64,000 nt of DNA from Octopus sinensis (taxonomy: Eukaryota), in contig NC_043001.1 in the NCBI RefSeq assembly GCF_006345805.1, positions 19,530,001-19,594,000 of the forward strand, written 5' to 3'. The notes beneath the pieces are model-generated. The model searched no databases. It saw only the letters and a program-made list of their open reading frames with translations, and was not told where the DNA came from. The stretch's first letter is position 1. The number at the start of each line of letters is the position of its first letter. Below are positions 48,310 through 61,679 of the stretch, piece by piece. The position numbers and the translations under genes were made by a program.

Positions 48310-51300
48310 TTCTACTCATGGAAGATGTTTCGTGGGAATATGAATTTCACAAGCGGTCCCCAACAATCCCGCATGTAGAGACATCTTGTTTGCCGCAGAT
48401 CGTCCGCAGACGCAGGGACAGAACGACCGAAGAGCCTTCAGTTGCCGAAGCAGACACTCCGAGGATTTTCACCAGAGCCCCGTCTGCCGGGTTGTGGCCC
48501 TAATACCACTCGGTGAAGCCAATCCGCCTTGGGTGGCCCTACCAGGAACCGAATTTCCCGACGGCATAACTCTGACACTACCCGTTGCCAGCGTCCCCAC
48601 CACGGTGAGGAGGGTAATGGACTTTGGGGACGCTGGATCTAGACAGAGTATTCTTTAGATACGGATAGCGTAGGGTATCTACAATTCAAATTATTCGGCT
48701 GCACAGAGCATAAATTTGTAATTTACAAGGCCTGATCAATAAATATCTGGACTATTGCCATATAACAATGCTAAAGAATAGAGTAAAACCGCTTGGTAAA
48801 GATTGACCCTGAAATCTGTTGTGCATGCGCACTAACTCACTTCCGCTGTTTACAACAGTGCTTGGAAGGAAGGTGTGTAGCTGTGATCGTCTCATTGATC
48901 ATGACGGAGAAAGTTCTCATAGCGATACTTGCTCATGCAAAGTTGCTGAAAGTATATGAAGAGGAGTGTATGAGCCTCACATAAGAGTACGAGTGGTTCA
49001 GACGTTTCCAAGATAGCCGAAAAATGTCGATATTGACGAACATTCTGGGAGACCCGCATCCAGCAGAACTGAGAAAAACATCGCAGATGTGCGTCAGGCT
49101 GAGAGGAGGAATCATCGAATCACCATCCGTGAGTTATCAGAAGATGTGCAGATTAATTACGGTTCAGTTCAGTCAATTATCACTGAAGATTTGGGTATGT
49201 GATGCATGTCTGCCAAGTTTGTGCCAAAACTGCTTTCAGCTGACCAAAAAGATACTCGGATTTCAGTTGCACAGGATCTCCTTGAATGTGTCGAGAACGA
49301 TGAAAACTTTTCGAAAATTTTGTGTAGGCCTCTGAGCAAATATCACCAAGCTTTTTGGCAAAATTTGATGCAGATTCTCTGCTCAACTTTCTCCGTCATA
49401 GTCAATGCGACAATCACACGCTACAGACCTTCCTTCCAAGCACTGTTGTAAACAGCGAAAGTGGGGTAGAACGTCAAAATTTAGTGCGCATGCACTGCAG
49501 AGTTCAAAGTTAATTTGTGCCAAACAGCTTCACTCTGCGCGCTTTAACTTCGTTACTATGGCAATTGTCCTTGTACTTATTGATCAGATCACGTGTACGA
49601 TCGATCTAGATAGGCTACAGAGGCAGGAACCCGATTACCGGAAACTGAACGCGTCTTCCACGGCGCACCAGGCTTACAGAGATCGAGTTAGAGAATTTGT
49701 TGAGTTGGAATTTATGGAGTCAATTGTCAACAATCGAAGATGGTTGGCCCTTGAAAAAGGCTATTAGATTAGAGCCGATAAGGTTTTATGAAGAAGTAGC
49801 GATAGAGAATTCTGGAGTAGAGGGAAAGCTAACTAGGAACCTAGAAGAGACACTTATGAAAGGCATTGCGACTGAGATACTGGTGCTAAGATTGGTCCTT
49901 CACTAATTCTTCAACATTAAGCATGAAAGCTGCGTTGTCAGAAATAGGGCACGTGCTCTAAGATAAGGAAACGAAAGCTGTCCTATGGGCTCAGGTGACA
50001 GAGGTGCATCGTTGCATCATAATAACAATTTATTTTTTGACTGGGGTCGGGAGGGGCGCATACTACTCGATTCCAAAAAGATATGAAAACAGTGACACTT
50101 TGCTCAACTGTTTGAGGCAGACGGCGGCCTTGAGATAGGGTTGGACTTTACCGCCTACATCGATGGCCAGCCGCAGCTCTCGACTATGGTTGCAGAATTC
50201 TGCAATAGTCCGATAACAGTTGACGAAATCAGGAAACGATAACTGACTGCATGAGGGAGGATTAGCTGGTGTTGGATGGTCTGTCTTATGGGCTTTATCT
50301 TCATATGCCTGACTTGTTGGGAGCTTCTTGGCAGATGTCAACTTCAACTGACAATGGAACGGGAGATTTTCCAGTCCTACGAAATGAGATGTGGTACAGC
50401 TGAGAAAGAACCCTAACAAGGGGAATAACTTTGACAACTACAGGCCCGTAAAGCTGCTAAATGCAGAATTGAAGATTTTAACTAAGGTGTTAGCGAAGAG
50501 ACTGACAGTTGTCTGAAGGAGCGAGGCACAGACATGCGCCATACCGAACAGATTTATCCATGACAAACTCCACCTCACATGATGTGTCATAGAAAAGATG
50601 GGTAAAGAACCTGGCATCGATGAGGTTCTGGTCAATTTAGATCAGACGAAAGCTTTCGATAAGGTTGACCGTTAATCAGAGGTTGGATTACAATAATGTA
50701 CAGCAACATCTGCTCGGTAGACAGAGTGAAGGGTCGTCTATCCAGACTGTTCAGTATCACGCATTTGGTCCGGCAAGGCCGCTTCCTTTCACTCTTATCT
50801 GTACAAGCTGGCACTCGGCCACTACTACGTAATTTAGTGGTTTTGAGAGGGCATCCCGTGCGAACTAGGATGCAGGGAGAGCTGCACCAGCGGATGCGGA
50901 CGACATCATCTAAAAGTATCAGACTCTAAACACATTGACATGATCAATAATACTCACTGAGGATGTACGAAGCGTGAAAGGAGCGAAAATTAACCAGGAA
51001 ATGCTGGAGGGTCCACCGCTCAGTACCTTGCGTGGTAGATCCGTGCCATCCGACAACGTCTTAGGGCAATGGATGGATAAAGCGGTTAAATTGCTCAGGG
51101 TTTGGTTTTGTTTAGTCCAGACCTCCAGGTAGACAAGAACTGATAAGAGAAGGCGAGCAGGATGGCTAGTCTCACCCAGAAATGGACTGAGAGGAAATTA
51201 TCCTTAATGGGTTGGTCGGAGGTAGCTAGTTACGCCCAGAAATTATCCTTAAAGGGTTGGCCGGAGGTAGCTAGTTACGCCCAGAAATGTTCATGAATGG

Positions 51301-51540
51301 TCCGGCGGAGGCGATGAAAACCTACATCGCATCTGTCATTTACTACCACCTGACTGTCGCTTCATGGTTAACCAGACTGGGGCCGCTTGTGCTTCTACTC
51401 TCTGTGGAGGGGGATGGCTGTCAGCATCTGCTGTGTAGAGGACTGTGTAGGCTGTGGCTAATGATGTGCTGATATGCAGTGAGGCTACGGTATTTTAGGT
51501 GCGTTCTAGAGTGTGAGCAAGTGTGGTTACGGTTTGTCGG
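48310..51540 (+). mobile_element. Decayed L1/Tx1-type LINE interrupted by a mariner
   Basis: APE C-terminus LDRV...EHKFVI / IDLDRLQRQ..YRKLNAS is split by the mariner. RT blocks NYRPVKLLNAELKILTKVLAKRL, LDQTKAFDKVD, VRQG and ADADDI are present. Boundaries are approximate. Confidence 0.7.
48726..49595 (+). mobile_element. Internally deleted mariner with long (~190-bp) imperfect TIRs and TA TSD
   Basis: TA|CAAGGCCTGATCAATAAATA ... TACTTATTGATCAGATCACGTG|TA. Broken transposase N-terminus EWFRRFQ...SGRP...RITIRELSED...SAKFVPKLLS.DQK. Arms 48726-~48913 and ~49390-49595 are reverse-complementary. Confidence 0.88.
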
Positions 51541-51589
51541 TAGTTCAGGTAGTTCAAGTTATATACAAGGTTGCAGCAAGCAAAGTGAG

Positions 51590-52320
51590 AGTTAGTAATG
51601 AGTTCAGAGATGAATTTAGCAGGAAGGTAAGAATCCATCAAGATTCAGACCACTCCTATTCATCATAGTCCCAAATGCCAACAAAATGGTTTGAGACTGG
51701 CTATCCATGGGGACTCCTGTATGCTGAGGAGCTAGTTCTCATAGCTGAATCCTTAGGCAAATTAGAAAAGAAATTCCAGGCATGGAAGCTAAACTTGGAA
51801 TTAAGAGGCCTTAAAGTAAACTTGTAGAGACGTGTGGCTTAGTGGTTAGGGTGTCAGCATCATGATCATAAGATTGTGGTTTCGATTCCTGTACCGGGCA
51901 ATGCGCTGTGTTCTTGAGCAAAACACTTCCTTTCACGTTGCTCCAGTCCACTCAGCTGGCAAAAATGGGTAACGATGCAATGGACTGGCATCCCATCCAG
52001 CTGGGGAACACATACGCCAATGAAACCGGGAAACCGAGCCCATGAGCTTTAAAAAGGCTTTAAAAAGGGCACATTTATATTTTATTTATATAAGGTAAAC
52101 TTAGCAAAGATGAAAGTTTTAGTAAGTAAGAAAGAGAGGACCCTGGTATCTTCCGGGAAATGGATTTGCTTGACATGCAGGTAAAGAAATAGAATAATCT
52201 TCATGTGCTGTACTTAATGTAAACTACGGACACACAGTTGACACACTGACGGACTATTCAAGAATGTAAGCTTCATACGCAGTAGATGCACTGGAACGGT
52301 TTGTACACCAGAAATTGAAT
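51590..52320 (+). mobile_element. RTE LINE RT remnant with a nested SINE (~51827-52075)
   Basis: PWGLLYAEELVLIAES...GLKVNL|AKMKVLVSKK...SGKW.C..C; related ICRKGVGRNSIRCTQCKL fragment also at ~63930-64000. Confidence 0.7.
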
Positions 52321-52689
52321 CTCTTAGATGTTCAGATGGCTCACTAGAAGTGAATAATTTCAACAGGAATATAGCAACAAAAGGATTAAAGAAACATGAA
52401 AAGATACATTTCAAGCATTCTAAAAAAACACATTAATCAGGGGTTTGTAAGCTTCTTTGAGATTACAGAACTATTGGTAATTTGCTATACAGCCCCATAT
52501 ATGGCTTACTAATAAGACCATAGTAAGGCCTGTAAATTTATTTTCTGATTGCAAATTAGGATCAGAAAAAAAAATAAGAAAAAGGTTAATACAGTAATCC
52601 CTCGCCATATTGCGGTTCATTATTTAACCTTACGTTGATTCCTCTATGGTGTTGTTTTGCATTCATAATAAAATAAATATATACAAATC

Positions 52690-53172
52690 ATAAGAATTTT
52701 TTAGGCAAGTGAAATCGAAATTGAAATCAAATTCGATGACTGGCATCTGTGCTAGTGGAGCGCTAAGAGCATTATTCAAGTGTGGTCGTTGCCAGAGCAG
52801 CAAACTTGCATCCATGCCAGTGGAACGTAAAAAGCACCATTCGAACGTGATCGTTACCAACGTCGCCTTACTGGCATGTGAAAAAAACATTCGAGCGAGG
52901 TTATTGCCAGTGCCGCTGCACTGACTCCAGTGCAGGTGGCACGTAAAAAACACCATTTGAGCGTGGCTGTTACCAGTACTGCCTGACTAGCTCTCGCACC
53001 AGTGGTACGTAAAAGCACCCACTACACTCTCGGAGTGGTTGGCGTTCGGAAGGGCATCCAGCTGTTGAAACTCTGCCAGATCAGATTGGAGCCTGGTACA
53101 GCCATCCAGTTCGCCAGTCTTCAATCAATCATCGAACCCATGGAAAGCAGACATTAAACGATGATGATGATG
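52690..53172 (+). mobile_element. SINE family D (internal ~45-bp subrepeats, (GAT)n tail)
   Basis: Reverse-complement homologue at 62890-63450; partial second tail at ~53280-53403. Confidence 0.7.
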
Positions 53173-53191
53173 ATATATACATATACATATG

Positions 53192-53233
<42 letters not shown>

Positions 53234-53600
53234 TATACATATACTATGTATATATATATATATTACATATATATATATGTTAGGAAGGGCATCCAGCTGT
53301 AGAAACTCTGCCAGGTCAGATTGAAGCCTGGTACAGTCATCTGACTCGCCAGTCCTCAGTCAAACCGTCCAACCCATGCCAGCATGGAAAGCAGACGTTA
53401 AACAAGTACTGTTTCTACTTAGCGAATTTTCACCTAGTCGAGGGATTACTGTACAAAGCAAATCAGAGCATAAAAACTGTTTAACCCTTTAGCTTTTAAG
53501 CCAGCCATATCTGGCCCAAAGCTATTTTATGCTCAGACCAGCCACAGCCAGATATGGCCTCTCGTTTTTATCCTACAGCTTTATTCTAAAAATATACAAG

Positions 53601-54020
53601 GCGCAGGAGTGGCTGTGTGGTAAGTAGCTTGTTTACCAACCACATGGTTCCGGGTTCAGTCCCACTGCGTGGCACCTTGGCCAGGTGTCTTCTACTATAG
53701 CCTCGGGCCGACCAAAGCCTTGTGAGTGGATTTGGTAGATGGAAATTGAAAGAAGCCTGTCGTATATATGTACATATATATGTATGTGTGTGTGTATATG
53801 TTTGTGTACCTGTGTTTGTCCCCCTAGCATTGCTTGACAACCGATGCTGGTGTGTTTATGTCCCCGTCACTTAGCGGTTCGGCAAAAGAGACCGATAGAA
53901 TAAGTACTGGGCTTACAAAGAATAAGTCCCGGGGTCGAGTTGCTCGATTAAAGGCAGTGCTCCAGCATGGCCACAGTCAAATGACTGAAACAATTAAAAG
54001 AGTAAAGAGAGTAAAAGAGA
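53601..54020 (+). mobile_element. SINE family C
   Basis: Full-length copy. Confidence 0.88.
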
Positions 54021-54755
54021 GAGTAATCATTTCATCAAAATTTTGAAGCTATGAAATAATGTATGATTAATACAAAACAATGTGAAATTGGCAGAATAAT
54101 ATGAATGCTAAAGAGTTAAAACAATTTAGAAGAAAAAATAATTCAAAGATATAATTTATTTATCGTAGAATTTATTAAGGAAAAAATGTTAAATACAAAA
54201 CAAGATAAAATAAAAGATGTTTCTATAATACATTGATATGTCTTGATACATGGTGGCTCAAAGTATGAAGCCAGGAGCTTACATGATTTCATAGAAGGCA
54301 CTTGAAATATATTTCATATTGGTTATAAAATGAGAAGAGAATATACAATACAAATTTTACATTCGGCTAATTATTTAAAAATTATATTTTCATATTTATT
54401 TACAGTTGTTATTTTAACTTAAGATAACAAACATGATAATTAAACCTAAATTGTTGCCAGCTACAAAAATAACTGAAAACAGAACCATATCAGAAGTGTT
54501 TAATGAACGGTGAAGGTCAAATTTTTCATACAAGAATATCGTTATTTATTAATTACAAAATAAGAGATAGAAGAAGAGAAACAACAAGCAACAATATTAA
54601 TCCACATACTGTTGTTACAGCTAATCCTAGTTAATCAGATGTTTAAAAAATAAAATCTGTGGAATGTCGCTGAACATGTTATTAATATTTTATAAGAGCA
54701 GTTATAAAAATTGAATTTTAAAGTTCCATTTGATAATAATTCAAACAAATTTACA

Positions 54756-54783
<28 letters not shown>

Positions 54784-54787
<4 letters not shown>

Positions 54788-55182
54788 GTAATTAGCTTGC
54801 TTACGAACCACATGGGTCCGGGTTCAGTCTGACTGTGTGGCACCTTGGGCAAATGTCTTCTACTTAGCCTCGGGTCGACCAAAGCCTTTTGAGTGGATTT
54901 GGTAGACGGAAACTGAAAGAAGCCCATCGTATATATGTATGTATATGTATATGTATGTATGTGTGTGTATATGTTTGTGTATCTGTGTTTGTCTTCCCAA
55001 TAGCACTTGACAACCGATGCTGGTGTGTTTATGTTCCCGTAACTTAGCAGTTCGGCAAAAGAGACCGATAGAATAAGTACTTGGCTTACAAAGAATAAGT
55101 CCCGGGGTCAGTTTGCTCAACTATAGGCGGTGCTCCAGCATGGCCACAGTCACATGACTGAAACAAGTAAAAGAGTAAAAGA
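54784..55182 (+). mobile_element. SINE family C
   Basis: Slightly degenerate copy. Confidence 0.85.
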
Positions 55183-56844
55183 ATATGTATGTGTGTGTGA
55201 AGAAGAGATACAATACATGTAATGTTTTTCTACTTTATTGTATAAAAATGATGCAAGTCTATAAATATAAATTTGGAAAATATTTTCAAAACTTAAGAAA
55301 GAAATGCATCGTTAAAACAGGACTAATCAAACTATTTATTGAAATGCCTACAAAACATCAGAACATAATAAACGAAAGCTCATGTCTTGACATTTTAAAG
55401 AATACAAATACTTTGACTGTTTAACTTTACATGTATTAATGAAATAACCAAGATTGTTTGGCATTCTATGATGCCAAACAATTTTGTATCATTAATGAAA
55501 AGTAAAATTCGCATAACAGCCAAAATTCTATTACTAAAAGTGAAAAATTGATCACAGAATTTTAGTTGGAAATTATCTAAAGTTTACCCAAAAAAACACA
55601 TCAAAGAAACAGGAAGAATATAATCAAAGAAACTTTCATTAGACTATAAAGAAGAAATTTTAAGGATATATTTATGTCAGTTGCTTTTATAGGAAATAAT
55701 ATTCAACTCTGATATTCTTTTCAGAATGGATCCCAATGCACTGAATGGTACAGCATTCGTTCAGTAACTGTTTCTAGTGTGACAAGACACTGAGTCGGTA
55801 CAGTTACTAAAATACACAAAAGCATAAAAAATAGAGCAATATGAATATTATAGCACAACCTCTTGAAAGACAAATTAGTTGTCATTAATGTATATAACAA
55901 TCAAATTTAACAAATACTGGGTAAGATATATAACAATTTTTCATCTAAACTCCAGTAGCAGTTTGATAACAATCAGCACACACACACACACACACAGAAT
56001 AATTATCTGGTATAGGAAATAGAAAAGGGAAAATATGGTATGACCTGTACAATATATTTCAATATGTCATGAAATAGTTTTAATAAACTGCAACTAGTTG
56101 AATAGAAACTCTGGTTATGATATAAAGTAGATGTGCGTGTGTGCTTATTATATATATAAATACATATATATATATATAATCAAAATAAGCAACAAGGATA
56201 TCCAGAAGTAATGCAGTACGATCGTTTCATGCAACTCCATTTAATTGAACAATGCAAATATTACATCAGTTTTAAAATGTAGAGCAATCTTCAGTTGCAT
56301 AAAAATATAGAATTTAGTTAAGTACCATATTCAACTGAATCTAAATTTTTACTGAACTTATATATATATAAGTACATATATATTATTAATTAATAATAAA
56401 TGAATGACAAAAGAACTGTAGATATGCAATCAAATAGCTCTGAGGAAATTATGTTACACTGACACTCGGCTTTAGGTGCAGAGTTCCTTATAGTAGCAAA
56501 AAAACCTGTAAGCTAATGAAAACAGTCATGTTATTTTGTCATTCATTTATTACTTGATATTATGCTTTGTACTGACTTTCAGGTTTATATAAGAGTCTGG
56601 AAAGGAGAATCTCTAATAATTCACACCTTCTCACTGCCAAACCTTACAAACACTGTAAAGTATATTGAGTTCTAACAACTCTGTGACTAAGCAAAATCAA
56701 ATAAATATATATATACATATATATGTACACATACATGCACAGATATACATAAAAATATATTATAATACCAGGATGAAATTTACAAATATTTAATACATAG
56801 CTACATACATTTCCACAGATCAGATGATTTTTACATCTAGTCAG

Positions 56845-57212
56845 TATCATTCACTGAAGCTCCGGCGTCTGGCGACGGACTTGGTAAACACCCACAAAGT
56901 TATCAACCACCTCACCAACAACAACACTGAACACCTTTTTGATCTCCATGTGTCTAACACACGTGGACATGCCTACAAAGTCAGAAAACAACACAGCTCC
57001 CATGACTTTCGGAAACATTTTTTCACGCTCAGAGTTGCTGAAGCATGGAACAAACTGCCTGCGTCAGATGTTGACTGCCATGACACTGCATCCTTTAAGG
57101 CCCTCATGCTTTCCAAAATCCGCCGAAACTACACCTGATTATACATACACTTTAGATGAGTTGTAGTGCACCTGAGCACTGTACACAATGTTTTTATTAT
57201 TATTATTAAACG
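56845..57212 (+). mobile_element. CR1-group LINE 3' fragment
   Basis: SLKLRRLATDL...NTRGHAYKVRKQHSSHDFRKHFFTLRVAEAWNKLP...FK; (TTA)n tail. Confidence 0.85.
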
Positions 57213-57294
57213 GTAGCTGGCATAATGAAATAGGAGCTTTATTTGCATATCCCTAATGTTACCTAAATGAATTTCAAAATACACACACACACAC

Positions 57295-57337
<43 letters not shown>

Positions 57338-57419
57338 CAATTTAGGTTAGTTGAAATATGTGACAAACATTTTAACTAACCTAAATTGTGATTATACACT
57401 GCTTAGCGCCATTTCTCCA

Positions 57420-57450
<31 letters not shown>

Positions 57451-58572
57451 ATTTTTTTTCTTGAGACTGAAGTTTATGTCACTGCAATCTTTCAGAAGGA
57501 TCGCAGTGACATGAAACTAGAATCCCAAGAAAAGAATTAAGTTTACAAACCCTAATATTTGAATGTGTCTGCTTGTATGTATGTGCATATACACGACTTT
57601 TTTTTAATAAAATACATATGTATATAAGATATATAAGTTGATATTGAAATAGATAAAAAAAAATCTGGAAACATTCCGTATAAAATATTTACAATGAAAA
57701 TATCAAATTCTACATTTTTGGCAGAAAGCCACAAAATTTATAAGGGAGGGAGGTTAATCATATTGATTTATGACAGACAAGGCGGACTCTGGCAGGATTT
57801 GAATTCAGAACAAAGAAGCATAGAAAACAGAACTAAATAATATAATATAGCGTACTCTGTCTAAAAGATTAAATAAACCCTTTCTATGGAGACAAAAATA
57901 GATGTAACTAAATTGAGAGAGTTTATTTCTCCAATACTCGTTTTCCATTTAAAGGGAAATAATCGGGTAATATTTCTTCAGCTGAGTTGCGGCCCTTGTA
58001 TTTTATTAGAAGGTAATCTTTATATCAAGTCAAGTTGAATTATAACATTGCCTGTTGATATAGACAATGCTTCCGCTGTCTCTAATATTTAAGATATTAA
58101 AGTCTCTTATCCGATATAATTCATTGGTCTGAAGCACAAATGAAAGCATAACATCAAGCGAAGTTTATCGTGGAATGTTTTTCTGCAGCTTTCTTCAGTT
58201 ACCATGCGACATTTTCAAACACCTGTTGAGTTTACAGGGCTTCTGCTAATTACAGCCGTAAACTCTACTTTTCTTTTTTTTTTTTTTGTGGTAGCAATTG
58301 ATAACCTGGTATGATAAACCCTGAAATTGCATATAGATAAACAATTGACTTAGAAACAAACTCAATGGCAATTCGTATTTTCACAGCGCAATTCAGAACA
58401 ACTTCATTCTTCGTCTCTGACTTAATAAATTTAATGTTTTAACTCATAAATAAAACTCTAGTCCTAAATCTATTATACTAGATGATAGCCCGTGGTCAAG
58501 GATGTTCTAGCCAAAGCCATCCTACTGAAGTTATTTATTTATTTAGGCTGTCAGATGGAAGGATAGATAAGA

Positions 58573-58661
58573 AAGGAAGGAAGGAAGGAAGGAAGGAAGG
58601 TAGGTAGGTAGGTAGGTAGGTAGGTAGGTAGGTAGGTAGGTAGGCAGGCAGGCAGGCAGGC

Positions 58662-58716
<55 letters not shown>

Positions 58717-58745
58717 TAGACAGACAGATAGATAGATAGATAGAT
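58573..58745. repeat. Compound tetranucleotide microsatellite GGAA>GGTA>GGCA>GACA>GATA
   Basis: Direct reading. Confidence 0.95.
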
Positions 58746-60695
58746 GACAACATCATCCATTATGCCCTTTCCTTTTTTTTGTTTTGTTTGTCATTTTTAA
58801 GATGGTGGTTTGCAATTGGAGATAATTTGGCTGTTATTTCTAGTAGGTCAAAATACCGTAAAGAGGCCCACACATTGACTCGAATTCAAAATCTAATAGC
58901 TTGATGGCAGAGCAGAAAAGTAATAAATTTTTTTTTAAAAAAGCCGGGTTTGTTTAAAGTTTGAACCAGTAGAGTTGATGTATAGATAGAAAACTGCCAA
59001 AAATAAGTAAGAAAAAAAAAAAAAGAAAATGGAAACAAAAACTGGCAATTAACAAGAAATTATCAATAACTGTACAGAAATTAATTGTGGAGTCATCAGT
59101 TAAAGATAATAAGATCTCTAAAATATACAAGAGATTCAGCATTGCAATTAACTTTCAGTGTTAGACCAAAATGAAACACTGTAGTTTCAAAATATATTTT
59201 TAATTTTTATCTTATATACAATATAAATCCATCCAAGTTTTCAAAAATTATCTCACTCAAGCGAGCACAGCTGAGTTTTTCCTTAATTTACAAATAGCTA
59301 TATGTAAAAAAATTTTTTTTTTAATAATAAGTAATGATGCACTGAAAATAATATTTTGACATTAAAGAGGATATAGTGTTAAGTGTTGGCAAGTATCAGT
59401 CAAAAATGAATATGTAAAAAGCATTGTAGAGCACTAACTGGGTAGAAAGGAAAAAAAAATCAATCAGTACTTTTCATTAGAAAGAAAATATGAAATACTT
59501 TATAAATCAGACTATATTTATATTAAATATCTGTATATTATTGACTGAATGGCTAGAATAGTGTTTTAGTTGTAACATTGCTGCTTAACCTTATTTATAT
59601 CAAAGATATTTACATTTTACTTTTGGTCAAAGTTTGTGTAAGATTTTCATAGAAAGCAGGTTACATACTACTTTAGGTGGATATTAATTAAAGAAAATGA
59701 AATAAGTGTATCACTGAATAGCTTTCATTTGGTAAGAAGGGATGTGCAAGAATAACAGCTGACTGAACCCAGTGGAGAAAGATTACTGCCCCATGTGCTG
59801 AGCAGTGCAGAAGAATCTAATGCTAAAAGCTAAGGTAAGTCTTTATAAAGTAAAAAGGAACATGTCTTCTTTAAACTAGAAACATTGTGACAAGTGCAAT
59901 AATAAACTGTCTTGATATATGGAAAAAAACAAACAATGGCAAGAAGTATTTTATTCATTGTTAGGAAACTTAGTCATAGCTCTACCAATAGTGTAAGAGA
60001 GACAGAGAAAGAAAGATAATGAGCAATAAAAATTTTTAATCAAAAGATGTTATTAATTTTAAAAAATACTAGCCATATAAAATATTATCACAACCTCTAC
60101 GTATCTTTGTGAACGAGAAGAATCAAAGAAAACTAGAGATAGTCTACACCAGAAACTATCAAATATAAAATGTTTACAGAGGGAAGCAAACTATTTTGTC
60201 ATATTGGGCAGAAGGGTTATGCCTAAAACAAATGAGTTCTCCTCCACCTCATGGCAAATTCTCTGGTGAAGGATTCTGCTCAAAACACTAGACATGTTCC
60301 ACAGCAAAATAATTCATTCAAGTTTGTGAAATTTATTGTAAAGACATGGAAACTACGAAATGAGTATAGAACCTGTAGTAAGCCATACAGACTGGGACAA
60401 GAGCTGTGTGCTCTACAATAGAAGAAAGCATAAAGATTTTAATTCATAACCATATGGCCACCGGTCAGTCACCTTAACTTCACAACCATACCTAGAGGAG
60501 ATGTTTTAATGAAGAATCAGTTGTATATGGATATCTAAGAGTACATAAAAAAGGCTTTTGTTTTTTGTTTTGACATTTGGCAGCAATAATAAGAATGGGT
60601 CACGACAACCTAAATAATGTCACAGAAGCTTGTCAATTTACTTTTTGAGAGACCTAATTTGTAAAGCAATACAATTAATGCTTAATGCACACTCA

Positions 60696-60756
<61 letters not shown>

Positions 60757-60761
<5 letters not shown>

Positions 60762-60945
60762 GTAAAATAATATGTTAGAATTATTCGGTAGCCAAGATAA
60801 AACTCTGAGTTTCGGATTCCGAGGTAAAAATCCACACCATCGGCCAGATAACCGAAGAGATGGTGGTGTGGATGTCCACCTTGGCATCCGAAACTCAGAT
60901 TTTATCTTGGCTACCGAATAATTGTCACATATTATTTTACAGATA
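60757..60945. mobile_element. Small hairpin/MITE-like element with ~80-bp arms
   Basis: TATCTGTAAAATAATATG..AATTATTCGGTAGCCAAGATAAA.. is inverted against ..TTTATCTTGGCTACCGAATAATT..CATATTATTTTACAGATA. Confidence 0.75.
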
Positions 60946-61007
60946 AATTTCCTCTATTTACATAATATTGAGGTCTTTTTCTTTCTTTTGTTATCTTACC
61001 ATTTTTA

Positions 61008-61053
<46 letters not shown>

Positions 61054-61679
61054 CAGAGAGAGAGAGAGAGAGATGGAATTTTAGGTTTTGAAAGCAGCAT
61101 ATTAAATTTTGATATTGGTTTCAAATTTTTGCACAAAGCCAATGATTTCTAGGGGTTGGGTAAGTCGGTTACATCAACCCCAGTGCCCAACTGGTACTTG
61201 TTTTATCAACCCCAAAAAGATGAAAGTCTAAGTCAACCTTGGTGGAATTTAAACTCAGAATGTAAAGACAGACAAAATACTAAGCAGTTTGCTCAAAGAT
61301 AACGATTCTCCCAGCTTGCCGCCTTATATTAAACCATATTAAAATCTAAAAAAAATGCAACTGCTACAAATAAAGCATACTGTATCTGAATAGTTACAAA
61401 ATAGTATATGTTTTATGCTACAATATATTTACACAACAATCTAACGTATGATATTTAATACATGTGAAAAAAATAAAATTATAAATTTTATAAAATTGAA
61501 AATAAAATGCAAGTATGGATAAGGAATTATGAAAATATAATCCCATCATGGGAACTGTATAAAAAAATCTTCATGGAATATATGAAAATACAATCAATTT
61601 CTGGTGACTTTATGGATATGTTTTGGAAGGATATGTTAGCACCCTACTGAAGAAGGATACAGCTTCATTCAATAGATAA

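Noticed and set aside
59758-59838. Possible plus-strand exon ending AAG|GTAAGT
   Set aside because: Weak acceptor, in-frame stops and no neighbouring exons found; unsupported without RNA data.
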